In this document: positions 22,041 to 36,443 of the stretch, piece after piece | Layout of the letters: each line of letters begins with the position of its first letter | Numbering within the stretch: position 1 is the stretch's first letter | Assembly: GCA_002189035.1 (NCBI GenBank) | Contig: NEEC01000030.1 | Coordinates: 317,938 to 381,937, forward strand | From: Utricularia gibba | Lineage: Eukaryota > Plantae > Magnoliophyta | DNA: 64,000 bases | Reading direction: 5' to 3' | Translations under genes and position numbers: made by a program | Notes under the pieces: generated by a model | Seen by the model: the letters and a program-made list of their open reading frames with translations, nothing else | Database searches by the model: none | What the model was told of the DNA's origin: nothing

Positions 22041-24740
22041 GAAGGAGTTTGAAAGAATCAAAGTTTGGCCTTAAGCACCTAAGAAGAAGGGCTCAATTGA
22101 ACATCATTATGTCTAATCTATTTACGAGATGTGAGGTATAGGGGTTAGATTTGGGTGCGGAGAAAATATGGGTTATCACAATAGGTGACAAAGCTCTGGT
22201 GGGATGGTTGATTCTATAATCATACTAAACGATGGACGGTGCTATAATGGTTACAAAGTAGTACTATTTTAGAATAACACCCCAAAAGCATGCGCAACCA
22301 GGTCAGTTTTCATGGTTTGCACACACACACAAGAATGAGTTTTAGACAAGGTGGATGCTAGATCCAAAGCCATTTTTCTATATAGTTTTAAAACCAATCT
22401 TTCACTTTATTTTTTCTTTTTTGAGTCATTGTTTTGAAAAGAAAATTCCAATAACAATTTCCTGTGGATACGATCTTTATTTATTAATTCGAGGGTCTTT
22501 GTACACTTGATAAATTAACACCAAGTTTTTGGTGTTGTTGCTCAGGAATTATATTCCTTCGAAATCTCTTTTCTGATTTTTTTTTCTTTTTATTTGATAT
22601 TTTTCTGTTATTTTCAAGAACTTCATACTTAGCGCACAAGGAGTTGCTTTTGACTAGTGTTGCATGCGCAAGCATAGGGATTCAACTGAGATGTACTCAT
22701 TGTACCTGGAAATTGACAGGACTTGTCAGAGAATTTGGTTGGAAAATCATTGAGTGCAAGCGCAATGAAGGGAAAACATGTTTCGGAGGCATTCTAGACA
22801 TGAGGAGGACTTTCTATAACATTTGAACTAGATAGCGAATGGGAACAGATGCCAAGACATCAGCCAAACAGGGCAACTAGATCAACCTTGCTGATAAATC
22901 AAAGGGGAACAGGTATAGACAGATCTTCTGCTCATCCTGATCGTGCAGGTTCATATCAAAGGCCTAGTGACGGATTTGATCAAGGGCATGCACGAGAACA
23001 AATAGCTACAAGGTTGGGATCAAATCAAGGGGTGGAACTTCTCTGAGAAGGACCCACTAGTTCATTATTAGACTCGGAACGAACCAACAAGGCACTGGAA
23101 CATGATCTAGGAATGCACAAGCACATAGGAGTTAATGAAGGCCATTTTCAATCAGTGCTTACGCAAGAATGGCAAGAGAACAGAGCTTTTGTACCTCATC
23201 AATGAGGGCATCATAGAGTGAAACCGATGCAATAATTGAAATACTCATCATGAGGAGAGATATGAATTAATAGAGGATTTTGAAGAGGAAACTGTTAAGT
23301 GTCATTTTCTTATTATTTCTTAGGTTGTTTTTATGTTTAAATGTGATTAGAAGTGTCTAATTAGGAGTCTATAATGTGATATTTGGGTTTTTATCTAGTT
23401 TAGGGTAATTATCCTAAATCTTGTATTTTATCTATTAATTTTACTAGTTTTAATTGAGTTTTTTTAGAGACGCACACGTGGCAGGAAGTGAGAGAAAGAG
23501 GGCATTAGATGGCGACAAATTGGATCTTCCCGAGCTGACATTCCCTTGATTTCCGGAAGACTGTAGACGCCTAATCATGAGCTTTGACGTGCGGAACACG
23601 AGAGTCTCTGACAGGCGGCATCATTAGCGTACCAGTGTCAGACGTTGCTTGCAAGTCATCCCAAGTTCAGCAGAATCATAGGGACACGAAAGCTCAGACT
23701 CTCAATGAAGTTTAGTTCTGTTCAGACAAGTTTAGTTTTACCTTCAGTTTAGTTTTCCCTTTTGTTTCTCTCTCTAGAGGAATTTTCCTCTAGCTTCTCT
23801 CTAGAACCTTATTTCGTTTTCTTTAGTTTGTATGGCCGTTCGCGGCTAGAAACTTCCGTTTCTGGGTTGGAACACCCCCAGATCTATGTATCGTTAGCTT
23901 ATCTTCACATTTTCTCTGAATCTGAACGGGTTTCGTATGTCTTCGTTCGACCATGTTGCAGTCTTTCTGTAATAGTCCCCTTGTTCAAGGTTCATGGTTA
24001 GCTGATCACTACCCGCGGATTTTGGAGAGGAGCAAGGTGGAAAGCACCAACTCGAGCCCTTTTGGCAGGAGGAAGACAACGTTTTGTCTATGCCCGTACC
24101 TCAGAATCAATGGACAGGTAGTGACCTCGTATCTGGACTCATTGGGTCATTGGCAACACTCGGGCACACGCGCGCAATTCGGCCGTGAGGGTACGCTGGC
24201 AGGACCTCTTATTCTCACGTTCGTCCAAGGAGGAGCAACATCGGGCTATTCCCGTGCCTTCTTGCAAGAGAGTGTAAGGGAGGGTAGGCAATTCCTTACT
24301 CCTATAACCGAGTACTCGAGAGGACCAGAGAAGAGTGAAGACGCAACGAACATAGCTGGACATGATTCCAAACCCAGGAACATTTACTTTATTTAAGGTT
24401 CATCGCTTACGTTCATTTTAGTTGTTTGCTCAAAACCCCTCTCATTCCCTTACTCAAGCTTCATCATCAATGTTTCTCGCACCTTTACTTTCAAAACTGT
24501 TTACAAATCGTGACAGTTGTATTCAGGGTGCCTCATCTTTCACTCAAAAACAACTCCCTGTGTTCGACACCCGTACTACGCTTTTGTGTTTTACGAGTTT
24601 TAAAAGTATTAAAATTTGTTGTGGAAACGACACGCATCAGAAACCCATGGGAGGCAAACACTAACACACAGAAGGAATCCACGTGCTAATGAACCACCTA
24701 ACAAAGATGAAGGACCAACACATGGTAAATCACTTGCATA
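22041..24740 (+). mobile_element. Athila-type element B: right half of 5' LTR, PBS and truncated gag
   Basis: The LTR ends ...TTAACACCA at 22523. PBS TGGTGTTGTTGCTCAGGA (22530-22547) is a C>T-decayed form of the Athila TGGCGCCGTTGCCGGGGA. gag ATG at 22664 (MRKHRDSTEMYSLYLEIDRTCQRI); no pol. Confidence 0.75.
23293..24639 (+). mobile_element. Solo LTR with a perfect 5-bp TSD
   Basis: TGTTAAG...GCATCA, flanked by GAAAC at 23288-23292 and 24640-24644; the host gag resumes after it. Confidence 0.9.
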
Positions 24741-24919
24741 AGCCAAGAGTCATTGCGTAGAAAGAGATAGGTACGTGCATAGGGAATTGAATGCCAACAA
24801 ACTTGCTGTTGATCCTTGAGATGAAGTCTCTTTAGTTGATAATTTTCGACACACAAGGACACCAAGTCCAATTACTACACCCAACCTTCGCTGATCACTA
24901 TGGTGCAAAAAAGCCTGTT

Positions 24920-26900
24920 TCAAAGGATGAAAATTTGGTACAAGATTTGTGGATAAGATAAAGATTTGAAGATGATCTATGAAAATCTAGATAAAAGATT
25001 TCAATAAAAGATCTTATCCAAGCTCAGCAAACAAGATCAATACGAAGATTCGAATCTTCTCTAATATAAATACTCCACTCTCTTAACCATATCAGACATC
25101 TATAGACTATTTTTCCTTTTTATTTTTCCTATTTTCAAATTTATTTTCATATTAGAGTGAAGCGTGCATGTGTAGGCGTTTTTAGCTGAGGATCTATGGT
25201 GAAGCCTTCCTTGCGCAAATCTTGTGCATGTGATTGATTTACCATGTTTTTTGACATTTAATTTGACGTCTAATTCTGTTTTTTGAAACGCCTTCTTTAC
25301 AACATGCTCTTTTTACCACATAACTCAAAGGGAATGTGGGAGAATCTCGGATTGGCCTGAAGTACCTAAGGAGAAGGGTTCAATCATACATTGTTGGTAA
25401 GACACAATTTGTCTGCTCTGTCTGTGAGATGTGAGGTGTAGGGGTTAGATTTGGATGTAGGGAAAATACGGATTATCACAAGAGGTGAAATGTCTCTAGT
25501 GGCATAGTTGATTCTATAATCTCACTGATAACACATATTTTTGAGTATTTAGGAGTAACAAAATGTCTAATATTTTGCCAAAAAACTCAAATTCTGGCAT
25601 GAATTTCTATGCTTTTTTTGACTAATACTGCAGTCACATCTTTTATTCCTAATTGGGACTAAATATAGCTTTAGTCCCAATCTTAGTTCTAATTTTTTCC
25701 TAGAGCGATGCACCAGTTGTTAGTCAACCCAAATCCTGAGGAGCCAAAGAAGAACAGTGTAGTTGTAGAAAGTGTGGACAAAAGGGTGAATGGAGTACAA
25801 CCAAATCCCAAGGAGAAAAAGAAGAGAGATTTTGGTGATAATGAGAGAGAAGGATCTTCCCATTGGAGAACATGACACACACTAGAGGGGAGGAGATGTG
25901 GGATGAACTAGGAAGAACAATGAAGAAGACATCTTAGGAACAAAGCTCATGTCTGAATACTGTCTTTAGTTTTCTATTGGACTTTTTACATTCTATGGTT
26001 GTTTGTTTTTGGTTATCGAACTTTGATATGAGTACAACATGGATGATATTTTATGTTCTATTTTCATTTATCTTAAGCATGAGTGGCTAAGCATTTACGG
26101 GTGTCTTGGAGGAAGGGGGAGTAGTGTGCTAATCAATCTTTATACCTTGTTAACCATAAATCACACTATTTCCTTAACAAAACAAGATAGATCCAAGAGG
26201 AGAAAGTAGTGAAACTCATCTTAACAACCTTAGTTAGAGCTAGACTAAAGATTGGGGGGGAAACAAGATCTAGACTTTGTGAGACGTTTGATTTGTGGTT
26301 TAGGTGAGAGTGTTTTAGAGATAAGCATACATCCCCTGAAAGTCCCAAGGCATCACCTGATCTCATTCTAGATAATGTTACATTTTTACCTGTTTACTAC
26401 CTTTCTGCATGTTATTACAAGCTTTTTAATCCTGGCCTAGACTAAATCTCTTAGTTGTGACATCTATTGAATGCATTGATTTTCACATAATCACTATGCT
26501 CATAATTGTATTATGCTTAAACATGTATTAGGTTTATAAATTTTATTTGATAGAAGAATTTGTAATTTTGACAACGTTGAATTTTTTTTGTTTATCACCC
26601 ACTAAACGAGGGACGGTGCTATAATGATCATCAAATAGCACTATTTTAGAATAACATACTAGAACTTGTTAAAGCAGGTAGTCTTCAAGGTTTACACACA
26701 CAAGTAAGGGTGAGTTTTGAGCAAGGTGGAACTTAGACCCAAAGTCGCTTTTTATATTGTTTTTAAAACCAAACTTTTGTTTTTTTTTCAGTCTTTATGA
26801 GTCTTTGTTTTAAAAAAAAATTCCAATAACAATTCCTTGTGGATATGATCTTATTTTATTGCTTCAATAATTTCTGTGCACTTGTAGAATTACTACGAGA
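24920..26900 (+). mobile_element. Family-B LTR, second partial copy (probable 3' LTR of element B), with a nested solo LTR
   Basis: Collinear with the reverse complement of 46734-47650 and with 22041-22520. Confidence 0.7.
25526..26597 (+). mobile_element. Solo LTR (family C, same as 52778-53948) with TSD
   Basis: TGATAACACATATTTTTGAG...TTTATCA; TSD CTCAC/CCCAC (the uninterrupted host copy reads CCCAC). Confidence 0.85.
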
Positions 26901-28069
26901 GCTCTTGTACCTTGGTTTCTCCAAAGTGAATTGCTGCTTACTTGGGGTGAACCCAAGCCCAGGATGTTTCCTAGTTTACGGGTTTTTATATTTTTTCCGG
27001 TTCATAACAGCACCTGACATGCTAGGGGTTTGTGATACACTTATTTTCTACACCAATAGCTTCTCTGTGTTTTAGCAGTAACTAGTTGTATGTTGGAGTT
27101 GATAGGAGGAGTTGTTCCTAAACTTCATTTTGGAGAATTGCTCTCATATGTAGTTGTAGAAACTCCAAGGGAAGTAGGTAGTTCTTCTTCAATCCAGTTG
27201 CAAAGAGAAAAGGATATCCTCTTTTTGCCTCAAACCTCACACAACAGGAGGGATTTAGCATTGGAAATATGATGCAAATAGGTAGGAAGTTTGGAACAGA
27301 ACAACATACAATAATTCAAGGGGCATAAGAAACAGCCACCCAAATGATAATAACAAAAAGACTCAATAAATCCAAACTATGTCCCAACGCACTAGAATCT
27401 AAATAGAAACTAGTACACGAATCAACTTCTAGGATCGATTTGCGAAGAGGTCAATAGGAATGGCCAGAAAATAGTAGCAAAACACATAAATCAGCGTAGG
27501 CTGCCATGAGTACATTGCAGAACACCAATGTGCCCAAGAATAATGGACTCTTGACCTTTTGCTGTTAGTCATACAGTCTTGAAACAAGAAAACAAATCAA
27601 TGGAAGCACTCTTTCTAAATCTCTCTACTAGGAGATTCAAGAGAAGGAGAAATACCAAATTCTCAAAAGGTAAATACCTCCCTTTCACGTGTGCTTCCCT
27701 TAGGTTAAATCAGTTATCATGGGCTTTATATATGAGGCTATGTCCCAAATCCATGGCCCACATAAAAATATCTGATTGAAATGTACAATAGAGAAATTCA
27801 CAAATCATTCACTTCATTCTCTGTATGAGAGAAGTTCAAGAGCTTAATTGAGCCCATCCATTTCATTCCATCGTAATCGCAGTCTCTCCATCTCTACATT
27901 TCATCAACTATTGTGAGGACCTGGCTCTACATTGCTGGCTTTCCATAGCATCTCCTTGTGCCAATATCACAATCTCTGAAATACAAAGAAGAATCAAAAC
28001 CCACAAGCGAATATCACTTTCAAGGAAAAATATAAGAAAGAAAAGCAATAAATCACTGAACTCAGTTGT

Positions 28070-29328
28070 TGTCTAAGATGAGATGGGGGATGCCTTGGGA
28101 CTCCTAGCACTAGCATGCAAATTACTACAACTATCTCATGTAAACCATAAACCATTCACCTAACAAACAAAGTATTAAATCTACCCAAACCCTTGTTTTC
28201 CCTAATTTTTTGTCTATCTCTAATTAAGATTGCTCTAGTGAGCTTCACTATTTCCCCCTCTTCGATCTATACTAATTTGTTTAGGAAATAATATGATGAT
28301 GTGGTAAATGTGTTTTAGTGAACAATAAACATATTAACCCCTCTTACCCGAAGGCACTCATAGGTGCTTAGCTACTCATACTAAAGGAAAATGAAACACT
28401 TTCATAACATAACATGAAAACCATCTTCATTCCACAACTTAACAGCAAGAAAAAAAAAACAACAAAATAAGCAGTAAATGGAATCATAAATAGTTGGATG
28501 AAAAAGCCAAAACTAATCTCAACTAGAAGTAATGTTCTTCATAAGCAAAAGAAGTCTGCAAAAGAGGGCTTTGTTTCTGGTTTGTCTTCTTCATTCTTTC
28601 TGTAAGTTTTTCCCCAATCTCTCCTACAGAAGTTTGTGGCATGTTGTTCAAGGTGATGGAGATATTTTTTCTCCCTCTCATTATGTCCAAGATCCATTTT
28701 TTTCTCTCCTTGGATTTTGGTGTACTTTCATTTAGCTTGGTCTTCCTTTTGGAGAAATCGCCTTCATCTTCCTTCTTTCGTGCTCTTCCTCCCCCTCCTG
28801 GAGTCTGGTCGTGTTCTCTTCCTTTTCTCCCTCCAAAAATATCTCCCTTTCTTTTCTTTTCATTTTCCAAGGGTAGTACACTGTTCCTGGCCTGAATCTA
28901 CAGACTGTAGGTGACTGAATATTAATCATGTCTCTTCCTTGTGTTTTGTACCCAATCGAATTATGCTCATAAACTAGCTAAATATGATCCATAATGCTAC
29001 TACTAACACTTGAAAGAATATTAGAAATCATAGTATAGACTAAATCAACGATTTAATCTATATTATGCATAAAAATACAAATAACACTACAATAACAAAA
29101 TATTAAAAATCATAATTAAAACACCTAATTTTATCATTACACATATCAATTTTATAACTTAAAAACACTAATGAAATGTGGGTTATGAAAGCACCAGCTC
29201 CTTGTGATTAATCCCGAAATCTACTATACAAGTTTTCTAAATTTATATTTTGTGTAGATTAGAGGTTATAAATTTATTTGATGCGAAAATTTGATTTTAT
29301 TGCAACGATACAAAAATTTTCGTTCATC
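28070..29328. mobile_element. Athila-type LTR fragments: minus-strand piece (28070-29188) abutting a plus-strand LTR 3' end (29189-29328)
   Basis: GATGCCTTGGGACTCCTAG is shared with 53050; ...TTATTGCAACGATA...CATCA matches the reverse complement of 4488-4550. Confidence 0.6.
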
Positions 29329-32300
29329 AATATACATTAGGCAAAACAGTCCATATTGCTATGCCTGTCTCAAAACCAATTACAAGAGGCCATGATGGAT
29401 CAGAGATAGTTCCGATGATCCAAATTTAGAGGAGCCTATCAGCAAACGCCATTTCTTAAATTCTTCTATCTCTATGATTAGTGATGTGTCAACTTAGTTG
29501 ATTGTAACAAAATAAAGTGTGGTGGTGGGTTAATCTCTCGTGTGATGTGTTTGTAAAGATTTTGGTTTCATGACAATTGATATTTATTTACTACAGATTT
29601 TATCTTGGTTATCAATAGTTTAGCATATGTTTAAATGTTATATTATTTCTAGACTCAGGAAAAGAGGATATAGAGTAAGCATTTGGGATGACAGCAAGGG
29701 AATGAGTTAGAGTTAGTGGGATTTTAAGGATGGTGTGTAAGGTTGGCCAATGAATGGCTCACATTTTTCACATTTGAAGCAGTGCATTTTTATCAAATAG
29801 AGGAAAGAAAATGACGGATTATAGCAGAAATTTTAGATGAGCATTTAGGCAATGTTAAAAGGGAAATTCAGTTTAGATGGGAATAATGCGTCAGAAAAAT
29901 CTTTGTCTTCAGGTGTTTGCTTTTGGTCGCTTCTGATTCAGAATTGGTTTCGATCAAAGATAGTGTAAGTGGGAGGATTGCTATTATTTAGGTTGACTTG
30001 CCTGTTAGAGTCACTTCATGAGACAGGTTTTTGATTCGTAATGTTTTAATTTTTCTGTTTCAAATGGCTTCGAATTGGGTTAATTGATGTGCATGAACAT
30101 TATATTCTTGAATGTAGTTTCTGAAACGTTTTAGTTTTCTCAAAAACTCCAACATGTGTAAAAGTTATTATTTTTACAAGCGAAGCTACTCGAGGTTATG
30201 ACCTGTTTTATGAAATTATTTTTTGAGTCCCAATAAAAAATTCTTATCTTTTTATTGAGAGTTTTATTTTATGTGTTTTCATTTTTGAATGAAAGCTTTT
30301 CTTGTTGGCTATGAAATGATACATGATTCATGATTTTTGAGCAAGGTTCTTGGGAGATATACATTTTTTTCGCTATGTGTATGAACTGTTCTATATGTTG
30401 TTTTGTTTACGTATAAGAGGCGAGGTAGTGTGGACACATACTCTTGGAAACCTGGCTTTGCCAAGGGATTCATGCTAAAGATTCACACATGTCTGAGGTA
30501 TCATTTCAGTAGATTTGGTTGGCCTCAAATATGAGATAGCAACAAAGTAACAGACGTCACTCAAGGGTGACAGAGGCTTAAGCTTATGATGGTTTGGCTT
30601 TTGGGTGACTCCTTTGGTTGAACTGCTACAAATGAGAGCATAGATAGTTCTACTCATGCTCCTATAGTAAGAATAATACCTAAGTTCGAGAGGGGATGTG
30701 CAAAGTTAAATTTAAGGGACTCACTATATGCTTATTCTTGTACATATCATTGTTAATGGTTTTTCTTGTTTTCTTATCAACAATCCAAAATACTTTTTAC
30801 TCGGTTATTTTATCTATTTCAGGTGAAAGGGGGTGAGGAGTAAAGCTTGTGATCAACCAAGTCTCCTAAGGCCTAGTTAGTATCCAAGGAGTGGCCTAGT
30901 TAGTATCCAAGCCACTCCAGTGGTAGTTAAGTTGTCTATAACTAGCTTAGGTTATGTTTTGTTGTGATGATATTGTTAGAATACATAATACCACATCGGA
31001 AAATGAAAGTGGAATAGTCTAGTATATAAGAAACTACATATCACAAGTAATTGGTTGGACCTAATCTTTTCTATTATGATTCACGTTTCTTGTGTACTTG
31101 GGCTTCACGTGTGCGTTCGCCTGACCCATCGGATCCCGAATTTCAACAGATATATGGTCTTATTTATACTCTGTATGGCTTAGGGAAAATTGTTAAATCA
31201 CGTGTACCTTAGCTAGATTCTTTTGTGGTCGTAGTGTTATGGTAGCAATGGTTGAGCAATGTTTCTCCTGATTTTGCTTCGCATTGCTAGTTTGCTTTTC
31301 TTACATAATAACCAATAAAAAATAGCTTAGATAAAAAATTGAAATGTTATGTTTCTTTTCGTTCTAAGAAAGGTTCATGCTTGGAATTTTTAGAATCCTA
31401 TGCCTTGAGTTTTGCCTTATAAAATTAAAACTCAGTGGTCTCACCTCGTATTTTGGAGCCTTGAATACGGGTCATGACAGGTTTTCAACGAGTCCAATTG
31501 TCATTTCTTTCAATAAATGGAAATTCTTGTGGGTAAGTTTGACGGTAATGAAGTTGGCAATGTCGATCCTTCTCCACTCACCATTGTAGTTGTGTGGACT
31601 GTGGATGAAGGCAGAAGTGTGAATAAACGTATGAAAAAAAAAAATGATAGAACAAGTAAAAAAAAATACTTTGATACTAATAAGAAAAAGAATTGAGAGA
31701 AATAATAGCAATGTTATGTGCAACATGGGTTCCAAGCCACAATGATTCATCATATGAAAATGAATACTAAGAGTAGAATAAATAGAGGGCAAATGCGAAA
31801 CTAATGCCTAAAAAGGTGTCTTCAATTTGTATAAAATCTTCTTTTTAAGTCTTGGATTATTGTGGTAATGAGACTATCACTCCTCTGAATCAGGTAATGT
31901 TGAAATATTATCAAATTTTCCATCTTTAACATTGATAGATCCATCTTGTTATCTCTCTAAACCTGATTTCCTTTTTCTTCCTTACTACTTCAATGACCTT
32001 TTTCTTCAACACGAGGAACTGTGTAAGACCTTGTTGTTGACTCCCCTTCTTGAAAATCTATTGTAAGAACATGTCTAAAATCAGTCACTGATTCTATTGA
32101 GATCCAAAAAAGGAGTAGGATGAGCAGTCATAATTTGATTATTGAGACAGTTGTGAGATCCTCGGATCCAATCAAAAATTGTTGTCATCGATCAACGTTT
32201 TCTCTAATTCGTAGATGCTCCCCCAAATCTCATCGGATGAAAAGAGAGAAGACATAGAGCATCCAACTCATTCCAAATCTTGTTTAGTTTAGAGAAGTAA

Positions 32301-32753
32301 ACCATGATTGGGTCATCTTTCTATGAAAGAGACTTTAGTTCACCACGAAGGTGAAATTTTGAAGCTTTAAAGAAGCACGAAATCGACATTCGATTTCAAT
32401 CCCCATGTTGGGTGCATCAGAAGAAAAAACAAAAGAATCGGAAATCTCTAGCTCAATAGAATTTAGAATCTATTTCATCATTGATAATGTGCTCTTTTTT
32501 AGTCCTGTTGCAATTTGGCGGAAGCTTGCCAAGTGCTCATGGGCTGTCATCGTCTCCAATTTGCCGTCAGGTATTGGTTTGGGACCCTAAACAGGGGCTG
32601 CTTCCATTGTTTCGATACGACCCAGCAAATCGCAGCAATTCAAAACAGATCAGCACAATCGCTGACTACGCGAGGTAGTTCTGGCCATTAAATGGTTGGA
32701 AACAAGGGAAGGAGAAGAATTGGATGCCATTTGAGTAGTAGCTCTAACACCAT

Positions 32754-32777
32754 GAAGAAGAAGAAGAAGAAGAAGAA
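32754..32777. repeat. (GAA)8 microsatellite
   Basis: Read directly from the sequence. Confidence 0.95.
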
Positions 32778-33327
32778 GAGGAAGAGAGAGTGTTGGACAA
32801 AAGTGTGTTGCATTCAACCCATATGGCGGAAGGGAATTACCATATACAAGCTATACAAATTATCAAAAAAGATGAGTGCATGGAAAGAAATTTTTTCAAC
32901 AAGCTCTCTGGCATGAGCATGCCGGAGGGAGAGTCAGCATGGCGCGCTTATGCTATTTTCTTTCTTTTATTTTTGAAACACATACTGACAATTATTCTTT
33001 TTTTTTTAGAGTGATTATTGGATAATTGGAAACACGACATGGCAAGCAATAGAGTAAAAATCAGTGTGAAATAACTTGATCGGTAAAGATGAAGAATAAG
33101 GAACAAATGAAATGAGTGTAATCAATCATCCAATCTCCCTCGGTTCAGTCACCACCCAGCAAAAATACCAGAAGCGGCGAAGCCCCATATTTTGTGCCCT
33201 TGAAGTATCTCCGGCGAGCATCGGATAGTCGAGGAGGAATGCGCACCTCGAAAAGCCGGAACGTCTGGGCATGAGGCTTTCTTTGGTAAAGAATCAAGAA
33301 ACAATGAATCGCCACCACCACCAGCCC

Positions 33328-36300
33328 TTACTCTAAACCTCTTGAACTCCGCCCCAATTCCCGCTGACCTTCTGGTGGCTCGGGAAAAATCTCATTAGAA
33401 TGCCGTCTGGATGATGAACGACCGTTTCCGCTTTCATGTGAGCCGGGTCCCTGGAAGCTGCCTCCTCCTCCACCTTCTATTCGGAGGGAGGTAGAGGCAG
33501 CTGCAGGAGGAGGAGGAGCGACATCGGAAGAGCTGCGTCGCCAACTGCCAAAGAGTACTGCGTTCCAAGAGCTTCTGGAGGATGTTGCTCTGAGCCTTGC
33601 GGAGTTACTGCTTTCTTTGTCTTCCCTTACAACCTTAAGAGGGTTCTCCAACGCTTTAAGAATGTATCTCATGAGGGGGCGTCGATTCGCCCTAGGATTC
33701 AGACAAGACCGAGCCACGATCGCCATTGCCCAGACCTCCTCCAGATGATCCTCATCTATGATCAACGACGGATCGAGGATGTTTGACACGAGGTCCTTGT
33801 CGTAAATGCTGATGTTCGGCAGTATCTCCTCCAAGAAATCCTTCACAACAGAATCAGTGGATGAGCTGATCCCGATCTTTCCTGTTACCAGCTCTAGTAG
33901 AACTTTTCCGAAGCAGAACACATCATAAGCACATGTTGCATTATTGTTCCCTGAAAAACATGATAGAAGCAGCAAAAGGGGTTATTAGTCTGAATCAAAG
34001 GCGCCAACTTTCAAGAGCAAAACTGACAGATGCAACCACTAGATTTCCGAGATGCCGTGGATTTGATATACCTGAAGCACCCGGCTCTGGTGCCCTGCAT
34101 AAAAAGAGCATTTAAGTGAGACTTTTGTATACCCGCAGAAAAGCCAGGTCTTTTTTCAAGCACGAAATGCGGCACCACATGATGTTCAGAATGTGGAACC
34201 GAATACTCACTGTGGAAGCCGCAGCAACCTTGTGAACATCCTTTGATAAGTATCACCCTCCTGATAACAAACCTCACTCAAGCTTCCTAATCGTACTTCA
34301 TATTTATCATCAAGAAGTATGCTGCTTGCTTGAATATCCCTTGATGCGCGAAAAACGGCAAACAGAAAAAAATCAGAATGATAAAAGCGTAGCCGTGTTC
34401 TGCTGTAATGTAAACAGGGCTATGGTTATAGGCACAATCCGAGATAAAAGGAAATAAGTATTATCTGTTGACACCAAAGGAATTTTCGGGTGCAATCTTG
34501 AAGCAATCTACAAACCTGTGAACAAGTGGTGGGCTGCACTCATGGTGCAAGTAGGATAGAGCCTCTGCAGCTCCAATGGCAATTTTGAGCCTAGTGATCC
34601 AGTCGAGCGACTGTAAACCGTCATCTCCAGCCTTTGTTTTCTTGAACAAAGAACTAGCAAGATCCCCATATGGCATTTGTTTGTAAACAATAAATTTTTC
34701 ATTCTCATTCTCTAAGCAATGCCCCAGGAGAGGGACCAATCTAGGATGGGAAACCTTGCTGAGAATTTCCAACTCTAGCTTGTAACCTTCCTTTTTGGCT
34801 GATGACTGCAAATCAGTCCTTTTGATTATTACCGGAATCCCGCTAATGAGCTTTCCAGTAAAGAGATCGCCCGAATGCCCATGCTTGATAAGATTCAAAT
34901 CATTCAGTTCTCCTGTGGCTTGAAGAATCTGCTGATATGTGAATGCATCTCCAAGGGTAGAAAGGTCAAGTGATACTCTGAGACCAGGCGAACTACCAGA
35001 AGGTACAGGCTCCAGATCATTAACTCCGGTAATAGCTTTTTCTTTGCTCTTGGACAGCAAAGCTATGATGATTAGCGGAAGTACAATAAGAACAACGCCT
35101 CCTAATACAGACGCTAAAATGATAGGTTTTCTTCGGTCATTCCAGAAGGTTGAACGCCTTGCACCCAAAGCCACTCCAAAATTATCAAACACAAGGCGCC
35201 TTTCAGCATAAAATGTGGAGCAATCTAAAGCACTCCTCTGATCTGTCAAATTTCTGAGACAATTCCCGGATAATGATGCATTGCCATTTGCACTAATGGG
35301 AACTATGCCTTGAAAGTAATTCCTTGACAAGTCAATAAATGCGAAACTCCCTATTAAAGGTGTCAGATTTCCATATAACGAATTACCGGAAAGATTAAAG
35401 AAGCCTGTGCGCAGATTAGCGTTTGAGCTCATGTTGGGCAGCAGGCCAGTGAAATTGTTTGATGATCCATCAAGGAACTGTAACAATGGCATTGACCACA
35501 AGATATTTGGAATAATTCCACTTAAATTGTTATGACTCATGACCAGGAACTGCAACTGAGTCAAAGGCTCAAATATACTGTCCTGTAGCAACCCTGAAAG
35601 CAAATTGTTTCCTATGTGCAATCTCCGCAAGTTTCTCAAGCCTGCCAATTCAGGAGGTACAGATCCGGAAAATGTATTAAATCCAAGATCAAGTTCAACC
35701 AAACTGTGAAGGCCACCAAGTGATGCAGGAATGGTGGATGAAAAACTGTTCCCTGAAAAATTCAATGACTGCAACCTCGGCAAAGACCCCAAGCTGGGAA
35801 CAATCTCATCAGATAAGAAATTCATGGACATATCTAACACTGTAAGATTGAAAAGACTGCTGAATGTTTCTGGAATAGAGCCAGTAAGAAAATTCCGCGA
35901 AAGATCAAGCACAGAAACCTGAAACAGCTGGCCTAAACTGGGAGGAATTATGCCAGTAAGATTGTTGTCAGATAAATATAGTTCAACCAAGCTACTTAAA
36001 TTGCCAAGAGTGGATGGAATGGGACCATTTATGGAACAAGACCGAAGATCAAGCACTTGAATTGAAGGAAGCTGCAATCCAAACCATGCAGGAACTTGCC
36101 CAGGCAGCAGAAAATGTGAAGCATTGAAGTATGACAAATGCGGCAGATTTCGAAGGGAATCCACTGAGAACTGAGGGTTCATCATACCCAACCTCGTTCT
36201 CCTGAATCTTGAGATGTTGATCTCAGTAACATTGCCATTTTTGCACTGGATTCCAACCCATGAGTTACATGGGTCGGATTTGATGGGCCATTCTCTTCCC

Positions 36301-36443
36301 CTCAACCCTAATGTAGATCTCAATCGAAGCAAAGCATATCTTTCTTGTCTCGATATCACGAATTGCTGCTCCAATGTATGACCAAACAAAAAGCAAAAGA
36401 GACTCAGCCACCAGATGAACACTGCCCAGCTCCCCCGATCCAT
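33328..36443 (-). CDS. LRR receptor-like kinase with an atypical kinase domain (At2g16250/At4g39270-like), 4 exons, 900 aa
   Basis: Exons 36443-34516, 34339-34211, 34094-34072 (23 bp) and 33950-33328, all GT-AG, total 2703 nt = 901 codons with no internal stop. Signal peptide, LRRNT (C..W.GI.C), LRRs, TM helix (IILASVLGGVVLIVLPLIIIALL), kinase HGHSG / HRDIQASSILLD / LGSLS / YDVFCFG. Confidence 0.93.

Noticed and set aside
26900-28060. Probable retroelement remnants (also 29330-32700 and 48700-50700)
   Set aside because: No termini, PBS/PPT or protein motifs that I could support, so left unannotated.
28523-28929. Lys/Glu-rich or hydrophobic ORFs (also 5317-5550, 53585-53824, 61316-61814)
   Set aside because: They fall in the purine-rich tract of Athila-type LTRs and frames are not conserved between copies.
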